64,000 bases of DNA from Candidatus Bathyarchaeota archaeon (GCA_963702095.1 OY969706.1:1184001-1248000), one strand, 5' to 3'; positions 28,311 through 39,871 are shown, counted from the first letter of the stretch. Notes: generated from the sequence alone by a model not told the origin. Made by a program: numbers and translations.

Positions 28311-28974
28311 GCTTTTTGCCCCACAAACAACCCTACCACAGTCCCACTTAAGCCAGCTATGGCAGCGAAAACCTCAGGGTTCCAAGTATGCAACACCATT
28401 AAGTGGGCAATCTCTAAAGCAGACATAAAAGCGGTCATGCCAATGGCAAACTTTACTCCTAAAACCAGATTATCATTTGGCTCTTCAACTAGTACAGGAT
28501 GCCCCGGACACCGCCGCCTGCGTGTTAGGGCGCGTCTAATGGGCCTGCCATCGACACTTAGCCTCTGCTGAAACATTGCACTTCTAAAGGTTCTGGGACG
28601 ATTCATTGTCCGGTGCCCGCCCATCATGAAACTGTTAACAAGTTTGCCAGCCGAATCCGTTGGAATGTGTTCTTTAACGAGAACTTCTACGCCTAAGCCC
28701 AGCCGATCGGAATGGCAGTGTAGTCTAAGTCAAATAGGCCATCAGAGTAGCGAAAGCTGTTTTGTGCAATTACGATATGCTTGACTCGGTCGCCAATTAA
28801 CCCAACAAATATGCCCCAACTCTTAACTGGAACATCAATCGCCATGCCTGAACCGGAGCTTTTGCCAACGGAGGCATCGCACCATTCAACAGCGATTAAG
28901 TCTCCGGGTGAAACGTTTTCTAAAGCTGTAAGTACTTGTTTTGTTTGTTTTGACAAAGATGCCCTCTCTTGCAT
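28307..28974 (-). pseudogene. Two hypothetical ORFs (soluble plus 2-TM membrane protein), apparently frameshifted
   Basis: ORF 28693-28974 continues after a 1-nt shift as GVEVLVKEHIP... into ORF 28307-28627. Confidence 0.5.
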
Positions 28975-29680
28975 ATAGCAAAGACAAGGAGCAGAGCTTG
29001 CCCATAAAAAAGATTCTGCCCATAAATAACAGCTAAAAAACAGCAGAACAGATGATTACAAAATACAAGAAACTGATAGTGCGAGCTTGGGTTTGCTGGG
29101 GCTCTGGAACTGCTGTATATGTCCTAAACGCATGGAAAAAGCCGCAACAACAATACCCCGCAATAACACCGCAACAAGCCCTTACCTCTTTTCTGATGGA
29201 AAACAGCGCGGTTAATGCGGCTTTTTTGCATACAGTCGGTTTTCGCTTATGGTGAAAAAAAGGAAAAAGGTTGATTCGTACGAATATTTTACTTAAAAAT
29301 ATTTATGTTATTGTTAACAATAAAATTAAATCTTTTTCTACCATGCAATCATCCTTAAATTCGGAAAGCCCTACAACACTGGCTGAAAATATCCGGAAAA
29401 ATCTAACAGCCGCTTTTTTAACCTCGATATATGTTTACATTAACATATTGTTTCACATATTTTAGAGCAATATTTGCAAAGTGTTATCCTTTGAAACGAT
29501 AGTTAATTTTCCCAATAGGGAGTTTTGAAAAAGGGGGCGCTAAGGTTTATGGCTGATTTTTTGTTTACAACTGACTAGGAGGTATATGCTTTTAGCGGCA
29601 AAATATTTGGCATATAAAAAATCTATCCATGTGTAACTAGTCATTTGAATCTAACCTTGTTGTATACGTTTTAATATCTC

Positions 29681-29929
29681 ATGAGACCCCTTCAACTCTA
29701 TCAGGAGATGGCTAAAATGGGTGAACAACAACCGATGAATCAACCAATAAATAGAAAGAAAAACCAAGCAGTAATTTTAGGTTTAATCGGAATAATCTTA
29801 GCATTAGCAGGTGTGGGAATAATCGCTGTCCCTAATGTGCTGCGAGGATCAGGTTTAGGGACAATATCGCTTGTCCTGGGAATCCTAATCCTTGTGTTAG
29901 CGCTGTTCCGGTTTAGTGTACGGCGCTAA
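29681..29929 (+). CDS. Small 2-TM membrane protein
   Basis: Two hydrophobic helices. Confidence 0.55.
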   Translation: MRPLQLYQEMAKMGEQQPMNQPINRKKNQAVILGLIGIILALAGVGIIAVPNVLRGSGLGTISLVLGILILVLALFRFSVRR

Positions 29930-29958
29930 TAAATGTAAGTTAATGCTTATATGCAAGC

Positions 29959-30621
29959 TTGGGGGCTTTCATGATGACAAACTTAGTTAGTAACAAGAAT
30001 GCCATCTCAACAGCTGTAATAGCACTTGTAGTAATAGTTGTGGTCGCTGCTGTTGCTGGTGGAATTTATTTTGCCACAATACAAAATGCATCACTATCAC
30101 CATCTCCATCTAAATCGCCTACTCCATCAGCGCCAGTATCTACTCCGTCAGCATCAACTACACCAGCAGTAACCCCATCCTTAACTCCAACGACATCATC
30201 TTCACCCGCAACTAGCGTCACAGGAGCGTCGAGTCTACAGTACAGCGTAGATATCAGCCAAGACACAGCAGGCGCGCTACGAGGAACCTACACGTATTAC
30301 GGAAAGAATCTTGGAACATCCTCCACCATGATGCGAATTGAATTTAATGACCCATTAAATCCCGGGTTGGCAACTATCATAATTGTAAACGGAGCACTTC
30401 AACAGGCTTGGTATTATTCAGATCGAAAATGGACAGACACTTCTGCATCGTACACCACTTACTACAACACTCAAAACCAAGTTTGGCAAGGATACATGGC
30501 CTATCTAGCTGGGTGGAATGGCGTAGGAGACTACAGCTACACCATCGGCGCCGCTACCGTCAGAATCTACGACATCAGCGTTAATCCAGCGCTACCCGAT
30601 TCTCTATTCCAACATAGTTAA
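29959..30621 (+). CDS. Membrane-anchored S/T/P-rich secreted protein with class III-like signal
   Basis: KNAIST followed by a hydrophobic helix; SPT-rich linker. Confidence 0.7.
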   Translation: MGAFMMTNLVSNKNAISTAVIALVVIVVVAAVAGGIYFATIQNASLSPSPSKSPTPSAPVSTPSASTTPAVTPSLTPTTSSSPATSVTGASSLQYSVDISQDTAGALRGTYTYYGKNLGTSSTMMRIEFNDPLNPGLATIIIVNGALQQAWYYSDRKWTDTSASYTTYYNTQNQVWQGYMAYLAGWNGVGDYSYTIGAATVRIYDISVNPALPDSLFQHS

Positions 30622-30653
30622 GGGCCAAAAGGCAAAATAACAGCCCTTTTTTC

Positions 30654-31010
30654 TTATTTTATGGAAGACAAGACAACAATGCCGCTTAGAGAGTTTTGGA
30701 TTATGTTTTGACTGACAACTATACCTGATGAGTTCTCGATCGTTATGCCTGAAACGCAAGAGTCGAAGGTCACGTTAGTCACTGTTACGTTATGCATGCC
30801 CTCGACATAGATGCCGGGAAGCCACCCGATAGGCGACATCAAAGTCTGAGTGTCAACGGAGGGTTTGGTGATGGTGAAGCCGTTGCCATCCAAAAGAATT
30901 TCGGAGCGTTGGATTTCGACAGTGTTGTTTATGTTGTCCGTCAGCATGTAGGTGCTTTCAACCTGCTTTATGGGCGCTGTCTGCCTCTTGCTGCAGCCCA
31001 TGCATAACAT
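30654..31010 (-). pseudogene. Fragment of NosD-like beta-helix surface protein
   Basis: YMLTDNI...LDGNGFTI; no signal peptide and no C-terminus. Confidence 0.6.
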
Positions 31011-32806
31011 TAGGTACGAATATGTGATAAAAAGTTTAAACTAAACTGTTTAGAGATTCTCCGATGCCTCCAGTAGAGCACTAAAGAAATTGCGAGGATT
31101 ACAATCACAATGGCTGCCACAAGTGCCGTGGGCATAGTTACATCTGCTACCCCTTTCTTATCCGTCGGGTCTACTGAGAAAGTTACTTGCTGAGACAGGG
31201 CATTTCCATAATTATCGTTACTAAAGATAGTCAACGTGTGGTTTCCTGCTGCTAAATTGCTAAGGGTAGTATTTCCCGTATAAGCTACCTTGTCTTTGTC
31301 ATCTAAACGGTAGGTAATAGAGTAGGGCTCAATAACTGTTAAGTTCAATAGTAAACTGGTACCCGCTACAGTAGCGTTTTGTGGTGAATTCATGTTTAGA
31401 ATCGGTGAACCCCAGGGATACATTAACGGATAGGCATCAAAATGTGTGTTATTGTCAAACGGGAGGTGGGTTCCCATATAGGTTTTCCCAATCTTGTATT
31501 CCTGAATAAGGTAGGGTGAGTCGCCTATGCCATCTTGGTTTAGGTCTGAGCCATTGTAGTCATTCCAATAGTTTTTGTTACAGCTTCCAAAGGTTCCTTC
31601 CAGTGTTGCCTGCCCAAAAATGATGTCTTGAACCATAGGGTCAGGATCTTTAGGTTCATTGCTGTGGGCTCTAAAGTTAGATATGAAATTGTTTTGGGTT
31701 ATGCTCATTTCTAAACTGCGGCCCAAAGTCCCCCAAGCCTTAACACCTGCTAAGCCATTGTTCACCAAGTTATTTTCTGAAATTAACTCATAATTACAGT
31801 AGAAAGCTACGATTCCATTTTCTTGATTGCCTACAATATTGTTATAGCTAATTTTGTTGTGTTGAGATCCATAAAGCCATATGCCATCATGCGTGTTATG
31901 CATTATGCTGTTATAGCTTATCTGATTGTAGTCACAAGGTCTAACATATGCACTAAAAGGGTTGCCTCTTAGAACTATGCCATATGAGTTGTTTATCAAT
32001 TGGTTTTCGATTACCTGAGAGTTTAGGGTTTGATCCAAAAGTATAGCCGGTGAATTGTTGCTTATCTTTAAGCCTTTGACTTTTATGTTACTGCAATCAA
32101 CTAAACCTACGAACCCAGCGTTTGATGGGACAACCTTGTCATGTTCGTTGACCCAGTAAATAACGGGTTTGCCGTCAACGAGATTGGAGGTATCGATATT
32201 GTTGGCAAAGTCGGTAGTCAATTCCCAATCAAAACACAAGTTGTACCTGTTATTGCTTAGATGATTGTTTGTAAGAGTGTTGCCGGCGGACGTCGAGAAA
32301 GAGATACCGTAAGTTCCGTCCTGTATTGTGTTATTGTCGATAGTGTTACTGTAAGTGAACAGGCCAAGCGAAACGCCCCATTCGTTAGTTGTAAGGACAT
32401 TACCGCTAATCAGATTGTTATTGCATGACGCTTGCTGAACAGTGCTGTTCCACGTTAAGTCAATCCCATATGAGAAGTTGCTGATGATAAAGTTCTTCAC
32501 AGTAACGTAGCGCACTCCTTGCAGAAAAATACCGGTAGAGGTACCATCTCCAGTTAGTGTATGGTTGGCGCCCTCAAGGATTATATTGTTGCACTGAACC
32601 ACTATAGTTTGCTGCAAATCGTCAAGCAAGGTATAATCCTACCCGTGCCTCTTGATTTTATCCGTCCCAACCACGCTGCCATCGCTTGTTATTTGAATAC
32701 CTGTGGGAGTGGGCGGTGGAAAAAAGTTGCCGTAAACAGGACCGGCAAGGAAAGTTTCTGTAATCAGGCAAGTTATTAACAGAAGTGAAGGAACGGTTTT
32801 TCTCAT
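31010..32806 (-). pseudogene. NosD-like beta-helix surface protein with in-frame TAG at codon 56
   Basis: ATG 32806 MRKTVPSLLLI...DKIKRHG*DYTLLDD is in frame with ORF 31010-32629; NYWNDY and DAYPLM; C-terminal TM. Confidence 0.75.
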
Positions 32807-32965
32807 ATGCCAATATCGGAAGCGATTGAAATATAAGCGTTCTCATCAAGGCTTCTTGACTAAGCTAAGTCAGGATTCTTCTATATGTTCTAAAGAGGCA
32901 ACAGCAGTCAGAAGCCTAACGTTAATCTTTTATGGTTAAAGGGTTAAATAGGTCTTAGTGGTGGC

Positions 32966-34342
32966 TTGTTGAGACGAGCAATAACTAAATCGCTAATCAT
33001 TGCTTTTTCGTTTTTCTTATTAATTGCCTTAGGCGTAGGGGCTGGAGAATCTGCAGGTCCCAAGCTGCTTTGGAACTTTGAGGCGGCAAACCCCGTCTAT
33101 TCGGTAACAGCCAACAGCGGGCTAGTCTTTGTCTGCTCACCAGGCGGCAGTGTCTCAGAAAATGATAGCTACATTTACGCCTTAAACCCTAATACTGGAG
33201 CGCAAGTTTGGCGTTTTGTCACACACTGGGTAGTCAGTCACTCGCCAGTGTTTGCCGACGGCGTATTATTTGCAGGAGATGCCGGCAACCTTTACGCGAT
33301 AAACGCTAATGACGGATCACTGATTTGGAGTTGGGCATATGAGAAAATCAACGGTTCCATAGGAGCGATGATTGGTTGCTCGCCCGCTGTATCTAATGGC
33401 ATGGTGTATTTTGGCGCGGGTATATTGTCGGGTAGCAAAGTATTTGCCCTAAGCGCATTAACTGGTCAAGAAGTCTGGAATTACACGATTGGTCAGCCTT
33501 GGGGTTCTGTTTCTCCACGAACGTACTTGTCATCAGTTGCCAGTGGGTATGGAGCTGTTTATGTAATAGACGGTGGATCGGATCCCGCCCTCTATGCCAT
33601 CGATCACTCTAGCGGTATCTTGCTATGGAGAACGCCTATTGGAGAGACTGTATACGCTCCATATACCTATCCGTGTATTGGCGAAGGAAAGGTCTTCGTT
33701 GGCTGCACAATCAACTATGAGACTGATCATCCGCAAGCAGATCTGCTGGCCTTCGATGCTGCAAATGGCAATTTAATCTGGAACAAAACAGGAGCATTTG
33801 GAGGCTATTCGACTCCTGTTCTATCAAACGGTAGATTATACGTCAGCTCGGGCGATACTATGCAATCTGTAGACTCTGATGATGGAGCGCTGCTTTGGAA
33901 TGTCAGCGCGGTCGAAGTTAGCGGAGGCACGTTCTCAGTACCAACTGTATCTGGCGATAAAGTGTATGCGACCACAGGCGTTCGTTCCATGTCAGATGTA
34001 AACGGCCACGTTCTTGTCATAGACGCCTTGACAGGACAAACAATAATGAATTACATAACAAAGTATGCAACGTCCTTTCCAGAGTATGGTGGACCAGCCT
34101 ACGAAAACGGGACTATTTACTTCAGTCATTACAAAACTGTTTCAGCTTTGGGAGGTTCGCTTGTGGGAACGCCTACACCAGTCACAAGCCCTTCTCCTTC
34201 AACGGAAACGCCCTCGTCCACGCCGGAAGTTCCTGAATTTCCAATATCAATAGCGATAGTAACACTTACCTTAGTAACTGTACCATTTATCTTAAAACTT
34301 AAGCGATACAAAACAAAGACAAGAACTAAACATTTGTTGTAA
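32966..34342 (+). CDS. PQQ-like (BamB-type) beta-propeller surface protein with PEF-CTERM-like anchor
   Basis: Repeated YALN..TG...W units; VPEFP+TM+basic tail. Confidence 0.85.
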   Translation: MLRRAITKSLIIAFSFFLLIALGVGAGESAGPKLLWNFEAANPVYSVTANSGLVFVCSPGGSVSENDSYIYALNPNTGAQVWRFVTHWVVSHSPVFADGVLFAGDAGNLYAINANDGSLIWSWAYEKINGSIGAMIGCSPAVSNGMVYFGAGILSGSKVFALSALTGQEVWNYTIGQPWGSVSPRTYLSSVASGYGAVYVIDGGSDPALYAIDHSSGILLWRTPIGETVYAPYTYPCIGEGKVFVGCTINYETDHPQADLLAFDAANGNLIWNKTGAFGGYSTPVLSNGRLYVSSGDTMQSVDSDDGALLWNVSAVEVSGGTFSVPTVSGDKVYATTGVRSMSDVNGHVLVIDALTGQTIMNYITKYATSFPEYGGPAYENGTIYFSHYKTVSALGGSLVGTPTPVTSPSPSTETPSSTPEVPEFPISIAIVTLTLVTVPFILKLKRYKTKTRTKHLL

Positions 34343-34502
34343 TACAAAATTTTTTAATTATATTACCGACCAAGACCGTTACTTTAAACGAAAACACGTC
34401 TATGCTCCTTTGGCAGGTTACGGTTGCTAGCGAACACAGCATGCAAATGCTAATAAGGAAAGAAAGAAGAGTTGTTATAGCAACGTTTTCGCGTGACTAA
34501 TA

Positions 34503-34730
34503 ATGCAGGTTGTTGGAATTATTGATAGACCGGTAAAATACCATTGTTGTGACTGCAACAAGAAACTTAAGGCACGAGCAAAATCACCTAAATGGCGTGA
34601 GATTCCCCCCGACCAGAAAAGATGCCGAAGCTGCTCCGCCCGGCATAGAGGATTGCTAAGACATGAGCAGCAGCATCTGGTTAAACCTTCGCTTCATCAT
34701 CTTGCGCTTAAGCCGTTAGCGAACCGGTGA
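34503..34730 (+). CDS. Small putative Zn-finger protein
   Basis: CCDC...CRSC. Confidence 0.4.
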   Translation: MQVVGIIDRPVKYHCCDCNKKLKARAKSPKWREIPPDQKRCRSCSARHRGLLRHEQQHLVKPSLHHLALKPLANR

Positions 34731-34816
34731 ATTATTTTCTATTGAAGCTTAACTCTGGAAAACAGTGAAGAGCACTATTAGACATAAGTGTAGAGTTGAC
34801 TGCCTATTTCTGGGTG

Positions 34817-35206
34817 TTAAAAACTAGTTAAGTCAAAGCCAATCCTATGCGACAGCCTTTGCAAGTCGTTAAGTATGTAGACGAAAGCATAGCCTGCCCA
34901 TTTACCCCAGCGTTTTTCTGCTGTCCCCTTCAGAGCAGGTATGGATTTTCTGGGATCTTTTGGCAGTTCCCCATAAAACAAAACGCTAAAGATCTTGGCG
35001 CTCCAGACGTCAAGTGGAAAGCCCTTTTTAGGCATTACAAGTTCTGCAGAGTAGTCTCCCACTCCTCTTAGCTCCATCAACAAAGCTTTAGCCTGTGAAG
35101 GTTCTACGGCTGCCAGTTCGTTCATCGTTGGGAAACCCTCATCCAGAGACTCGGCAATGGCGACAAGATTTTTTGCTCTATAACCAAGCTTAGCTTTCTG
35201 CCGCAA
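34817..35206 (-). pseudogene. C-terminal fragment of HhH-GPD DNA glycosylase
   Basis: LGYRAK, LMELRGVGDYSAE, FPLDVW and WGKWAGYA; N-terminal half missing. Confidence 0.75.
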
Positions 35207-35622
35207 TTCACGCTCGCTCCAACAAGATTGCCTTTAAACTAAGAACAGTCAAAATGGTGTTAAGGTGTTTATTTCTTTTCTGCAGTTCAAATATTGGAAA
35301 AAAGCTACATTAACTTTTTGACAGGTAAAAGGTTGGCTAGATAAGCATTCATTTTAAGGAAAAACCAGGCTCTTAACAAGCTTCCGAATGCCTAATGGTT
35401 ATTCTTTTTTACGCGGAAGTAACCTATCGCGAAGAAACCAGACGAGAAGTAGACTGGAGGCGGCAAGACAAATCATACATGAAAACAAACAAGTTCAGGA
35501 AGTTCACCTGAAATATCGTGGGCATATTAACCCAAGCGCTCAATAATTCTCTTCGTTTGTATCTTCTCTGCTCTCCGAGGGGGTTTAGAAGACTTTTTAA
35601 CATCCACAACCCAGTTAATCAT

Positions 35623-36138
35623 ATGTTCCGCAGCATCCTAGCAAGCATGTTGAAATCTAAACGGTTCTGGATTTGGCAAATCGGCGGCGCAGTCATCTAC
35701 GCCATCCCCGCCATAATCCGTCTAACAACCGCCGACGTCGTCCTGCCAGTGCTGGGTCTACTCGAAACACCCTGGATCGGCTACTGGATCCCAGGCAACA
35801 TAGTCGAGAAAATCTTGGTCAACGCTTTCTTCCCGGGCGCTGCAGGGGCAATTGCAGGCGAAATTTTCTATTTCTATCTCAGCGGACCCGCAGCCAGTCA
35901 AAGCGACAAGTACAAGCGGCGACTGAAGGGCGCGTTGGTTTGGGTGACTTTGTGGTCGCTGTTTCAGTTGTGGGGCAACTTCCAAAACATCATCGGCAGC
36001 TACGGCGGCAACCTCTTCGAGTACCCCATGGTTTACCCGCTCAACTTTTTGCTGGCTTCCCTGTCAATCTTTACTCCCGACATCGTCGGTTACCTCAAAA
36101 ACGCCCTCACAAATGCTTTACACAAAAAAGAAGGATAG
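35623..36138 (+). CDS. Hypothetical membrane protein
   Basis: Multi-TM ORF. Confidence 0.65.
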   Translation: MFRSILASMLKSKRFWIWQIGGAVIYAIPAIIRLTTADVVLPVLGLLETPWIGYWIPGNIVEKILVNAFFPGAAGAIAGEIFYFYLSGPAASQSDKYKRRLKGALVWVTLWSLFQLWGNFQNIIGSYGGNLFEYPMVYPLNFLLASLSIFTPDIVGYLKNALTNALHKKEG

Positions 36139-36139
36139 G

Positions 36140-36694
36140 CTAAACATAGCCGAACACGCCTAAAACCTCAAGTTGGGGCACATTTTGAATGGTTCGGTTG
36201 TCTACGTTTAAAGTGGTTGTTGCGCACTGTTGAATTACCGTGTAGGGGACGCGGTAGTAGGAGTTTGGGTCTTCTCCGTAGGTGATTATGACGCCGGCGC
36301 CCCAAACTGGGATGTATGTTCCATAATCGTAGCTTTCAATGTGGGTCATGCCGTCGGTTGCACTGGTGTATTCAAAGGTTATTGTGAGGTTTTCTAAGGC
36401 TATGTTGTTATGTACTTTTACGTAAGATTCGTTGCCTCCATAAGAGGTGAATTCAAAAGGCAACGATAGGTTGGTTCTTGTTAGCTCCAAGACGATGTCA
36501 TCAGAAATCTGCTGGACCATCTGAGTTGGTAGATTATTCAAATCCACCTGCCCAACACTGGCTTGCTGCACAGGCAACCGCGACAAATAAACCATCGTGG
36601 TAGCATAACTTGTTGCTACGCTTACAATTACTACAAGCAACAAAGCAAACAGATACTTGATTTTACCATTCATTGACATCATCCACAAACCCAA
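36140..36694 (-). CDS. Hypothetical membrane-anchored protein
   Basis: N-terminal TM helix. Confidence 0.6.
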   Translation of the reverse strand: MGLWMMSMNGKIKYLFALLLVVIVSVATSYATTMVYLSRLPVQQASVGQVDLNNLPTQMVQQISDDIVLELTRTNLSLPFEFTSYGGNESYVKVHNNIALENLTITFEYTSATDGMTHIESYDYGTYIPVWGAGVIITYGEDPNSYYRVPYTVIQQCATTTLNVDNRTIQNVPQLEVLGVFGYV

Positions 36695-36776
36695 TTAACG
36701 GCTCTTCCCTTAAGTGGTTTCCGAAAACAACTAAAAGTCGCAAACAATAAATTACCAAAACCCCTAACCTGCAGGT

Positions 36777-37256
36777 ATGTCATTCCATGTCAGACGTAGA
36801 GAACGCGAAATCACCGACCCAGCCGAAATGAAGCAAGTGCTAAAAACCACCAAATACGTCACAGTCGCCCTATGCATGAACAACGAGCCCTACCTCGTCG
36901 CATTAAGCCACGGATATGACGAGGCCCATAGCTGCCTCTATTTTCACTGTGCAAACGAAGGCAAAAAACTCGTTTACGCCCAAGCCAACAACCGCGTCTG
37001 GGGGCAGGCAGTACTGGATTATGGAGTAACAGATGAATGTGACTACGCCTACACCAGCGTCCACTTCCAAGGCACCCTAACACTGCTAAGCGACCCCGCA
37101 GATAAACGTCACGCACTCGAAACGCTTGTTAGGCAAACCTCGAATCGTCCTGAGGAAAAGCTGGCGAAGGTGAAGCCTGAGAAGTTGGAGAAGACGACGA
37201 TGGGTAGAATAGACATTGCTTACATGAGCGGCAAGAAGCATCAGGCACCTAAGTAG
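36777..37256 (+). CDS. Pyridoxamine 5'-phosphate oxidase/NimA-like flavin-binding protein
   Basis: RRREREI, PYLVAL, LYFHCANEGKK and SGK. Confidence 0.85.
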   Translation: MSFHVRRREREITDPAEMKQVLKTTKYVTVALCMNNEPYLVALSHGYDEAHSCLYFHCANEGKKLVYAQANNRVWGQAVLDYGVTDECDYAYTSVHFQGTLTLLSDPADKRHALETLVRQTSNRPEEKLAKVKPEKLEKTTMGRIDIAYMSGKKHQAPK

Positions 37257-37288
37257 TCACCTAAAAAACAAAGGAAATGTGGTTTGCT

Positions 37289-37741
37289 CTACGCTTTGAG
37301 TTTTTTCCAGTCAAGGTAGGAGACTACAACCAGAATCACGGTCCACATTGCCCAGAAGATGAAGGCTTCGCTTATGGCAAAGATGAAGAGTGCGATGACG
37401 CGGTTTACGATGGATATTCCTATGACCAGTAGCGCTGCAGATGGTTTTTTGTTTCTTAGCCCCAGCAGTGAGTAAGCGTAGACTGCTGCGACTGCAAGCA
37501 AAAGGACACTGCCGATGATAAGTGCATTCTGTGCACCTACTGCATCGCTTAGGATGCTGGGCGGAGAGGTTACGCCGTTGAGTGTGCCGCCGTTGAGGGA
37601 GATTTGCATGCTGGGAACTGCCCACCAAGCGATGACGTTGCCCACTTCGCCGATGATGTTGATGATTACGAAGATTGTGAGGATGCGGTGGATCCAACCT
37701 AGACTTGCTGGTTTAGCTTGGGTTGTTGTTTGGGTTGTCAT
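37289..37741 (-). CDS. Hypothetical membrane protein
   Basis: 4 TM helices. Confidence 0.6.
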   Translation of the reverse strand: MTTQTTTQAKPASLGWIHRILTIFVIINIIGEVGNVIAWWAVPSMQISLNGGTLNGVTSPPSILSDAVGAQNALIIGSVLLLAVAAVYAYSLLGLRNKKPSAALLVIGISIVNRVIALFIFAISEAFIFWAMWTVILVVVSYLDWKKLKA

Positions 37742-37786
37742 AGCTACCTGTTTGGTTTGCTGAATATTTAAAATTTGTCAGCTTGC

Positions 37787-39634
37787 CTATCCGCCAAGTT
37801 TTGCCCAATCCACTTGGTAAACATACAAGTTATCTTGCGAGTAAACCTGCATCAACCAATCCACCGAATCCAAACGAGCCACACAGCCTGGATAGTGACT
37901 TAATTCATCGTTGCCGACGTAAACGTAGCTGACGTTGTATTGCCGCACAACCGACTCCAACTGGCTTTCTGTGCCATTATAAGCGTTATCCACGGCTTGG
38001 TCCCGAGCAAACACCTCGTTCATCGGTTCACCGTGTCCGTATGGCCAGTAAAAATAGGAGTCCACCCTCAACCGCCCCCCAATCATCGACGGCGGACACT
38101 GAATGCTGTAATAAGTAAGGAACACCGAGTTCTGAGGCGTGTTATCCCTAACCCACATGCCCACATTGTATTCGCTCCAACTTACCGCCGTGAAGTCGGT
38201 GCCGACATTGTAGATTATGACGCTTGAGGCAGTGATAACCGAGAGCAAAACCAAAGCGAACGCCACGGTTTTAGGCACCTTAGACAACACAATGCCTGCA
38301 AGCAAAACTATTGGAACCCAGGCGAATATAAAGAACTTGTACATGTCCCAATCCCAAGGCGTAAACAACAAAACATTTGGAATAATGACCAGCAAAAGAC
38401 ACGTGACTTTGAGGTATCCCTGTCCGCGCATAACAAACGATGCGAGGGCTAAGACGAAGGGTATGCCCAAGTTGAGGAAGTAATAGATAAAGGGGTTGTT
38501 GGCAAAATCAGTGACAAACGCTGTGCTGACGCTAACACTAAGCGGCGGCCCGCCTGAAAAGATAAAGGGCAACGCCACGACGCTGGGCAACAGGAAATAA
38601 AGGTAGCCTCTGTTGAGTTTACGCATGCTAAGGAGGACTGCGGCGGCGAAGGCGACGTAACAACAGAAGAACGCCACATTATGAAACTGGAAAACCAATC
38701 CAGTTAAGATGCCGGCAAGCAGCAACCTGTTTTTGTCGCTCATATCCCGTAGCAAAGCCAAAACCAACGCAAACACAGGCAAACCCATAAGCATCGGACG
38801 CTGCTGCAACAAATTATCGAAAATCGAGGGCAAACCAAATTGTCCCTTGAACTGGAAAATGTAATTCGTCCACGGCGCAAAAGACCCGTTAATCAACGCG
38901 TCAAACAGCCCAATGTAGCTGAAACCCCAACCGAAAACCCCCAGAACGGTGGCAATGATCGCGACGCGCCGCCCGTAATGCCGCCCCAACGCGTACACTG
39001 CAACCGCAAAGACCCCGATGAAGAGGGCGTTTAAGAAGGGTAAAAGCGTGGGCAGGTAACCGTACATTTTCTCAACTATTGCAGTGTGGAAATCGACGAA
39101 GTAGTGGTAGGTCAGCGGTGTGCCTATGTAGTTGGGGGTTTGCGGGGGGAAATTGCCTTGGTTGATGCTCTCTATGATTTCGTAGTGGAAAGGTGTGTCC
39201 TGCCAGTTTGAGCCTGTTACGACTATGCCGTATTCGTTGCCCCGCCAAACGCTCACCGCCAGCACGGAAAGCGAGACCAGAAAGATGACGGCGAAGAGCA
39301 GCAGGTTGGTTTTTTTGATTTGCCCCAGTTTGAGGAGGCTTCTGGGTTTTAGCGGCTCACCTTTCCTGTGGACGACCAAAGTGTAGAGCGCGGTTAACAG
39401 GGCAAAGCATCCCAGAATGGTCCAGCGGGAATAGCCCAAAGCCAAAGAGGCGAAATAAACCAGTGTCACCGAGGCGAGAACACTGAAGATGGGGACAAAC
39501 GCCCACGCTTCATAGGATTTAAGGTGGAAAAAGCGGTAACAGATTAACCCTGGAACAAGAAAAGTAAAAACCAGCGCCGTTGCAACCGCCAAATAACTTG
39601 AAAACACCGACACTGCAATCAAGAGCAAAAACAC
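37787..39634 (-). CDS. GT-C-like multi-TM glycosyltransferase
   Basis: WQDTPFH, FPPQTP..G.PL.YHYF; C-term YNVSYVYVG. Confidence 0.7.
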   Translation of the reverse strand: MFLLLIAVSVFSSYLAVATALVFTFLVPGLICYRFFHLKSYEAWAFVPIFSVLASVTLVYFASLALGYSRWTILGCFALLTALYTLVVHRKGEPLKPRSLLKLGQIKKTNLLLFAVIFLVSLSVLAVSVWRGNEYGIVVTGSNWQDTPFHYEIIESINQGNFPPQTPNYIGTPLTYHYFVDFHTAIVEKMYGYLPTLLPFLNALFIGVFAVAVYALGRHYGRRVAIIATVLGVFGWGFSYIGLFDALINGSFAPWTNYIFQFKGQFGLPSIFDNLLQQRPMLMGLPVFALVLALLRDMSDKNRLLLAGILTGLVFQFHNVAFFCCYVAFAAAVLLSMRKLNRGYLYFLLPSVVALPFIFSGGPPLSVSVSTAFVTDFANNPFIYYFLNLGIPFVLALASFVMRGQGYLKVTCLLLVIIPNVLLFTPWDWDMYKFFIFAWVPIVLLAGIVLSKVPKTVAFALVLLSVITASSVIIYNVGTDFTAVSWSEYNVGMWVRDNTPQNSVFLTYYSIQCPPSMIGGRLRVDSYFYWPYGHGEPMNEVFARDQAVDNAYNGTESQLESVVRQYNVSYVYVGNDELSHYPGCVARLDSVDWLMQVYSQDNLYVYQVDWAKLGG

Positions 39635-39871
39635 TATTGAGAGCCAATACTTCCTAACAACCGCACCTAATGCCGTGTTTGCAGTGATTTTGTGGTCCCC
39701 CTCAAGCGTTTTTAAGTTTATGTTCTGTTTTAAAGGGTATAAGATTGTCGCTTAACCCGCCGTATTGCGACCCATTGATTGTTCCAGTCGGCTGCTGGGT
39801 TATTGTTTAAGATAAACACCGAGAAAGCTTAATTAGTTAAATCTTCGTGTATTCTTGCGGCGTATCGATTT

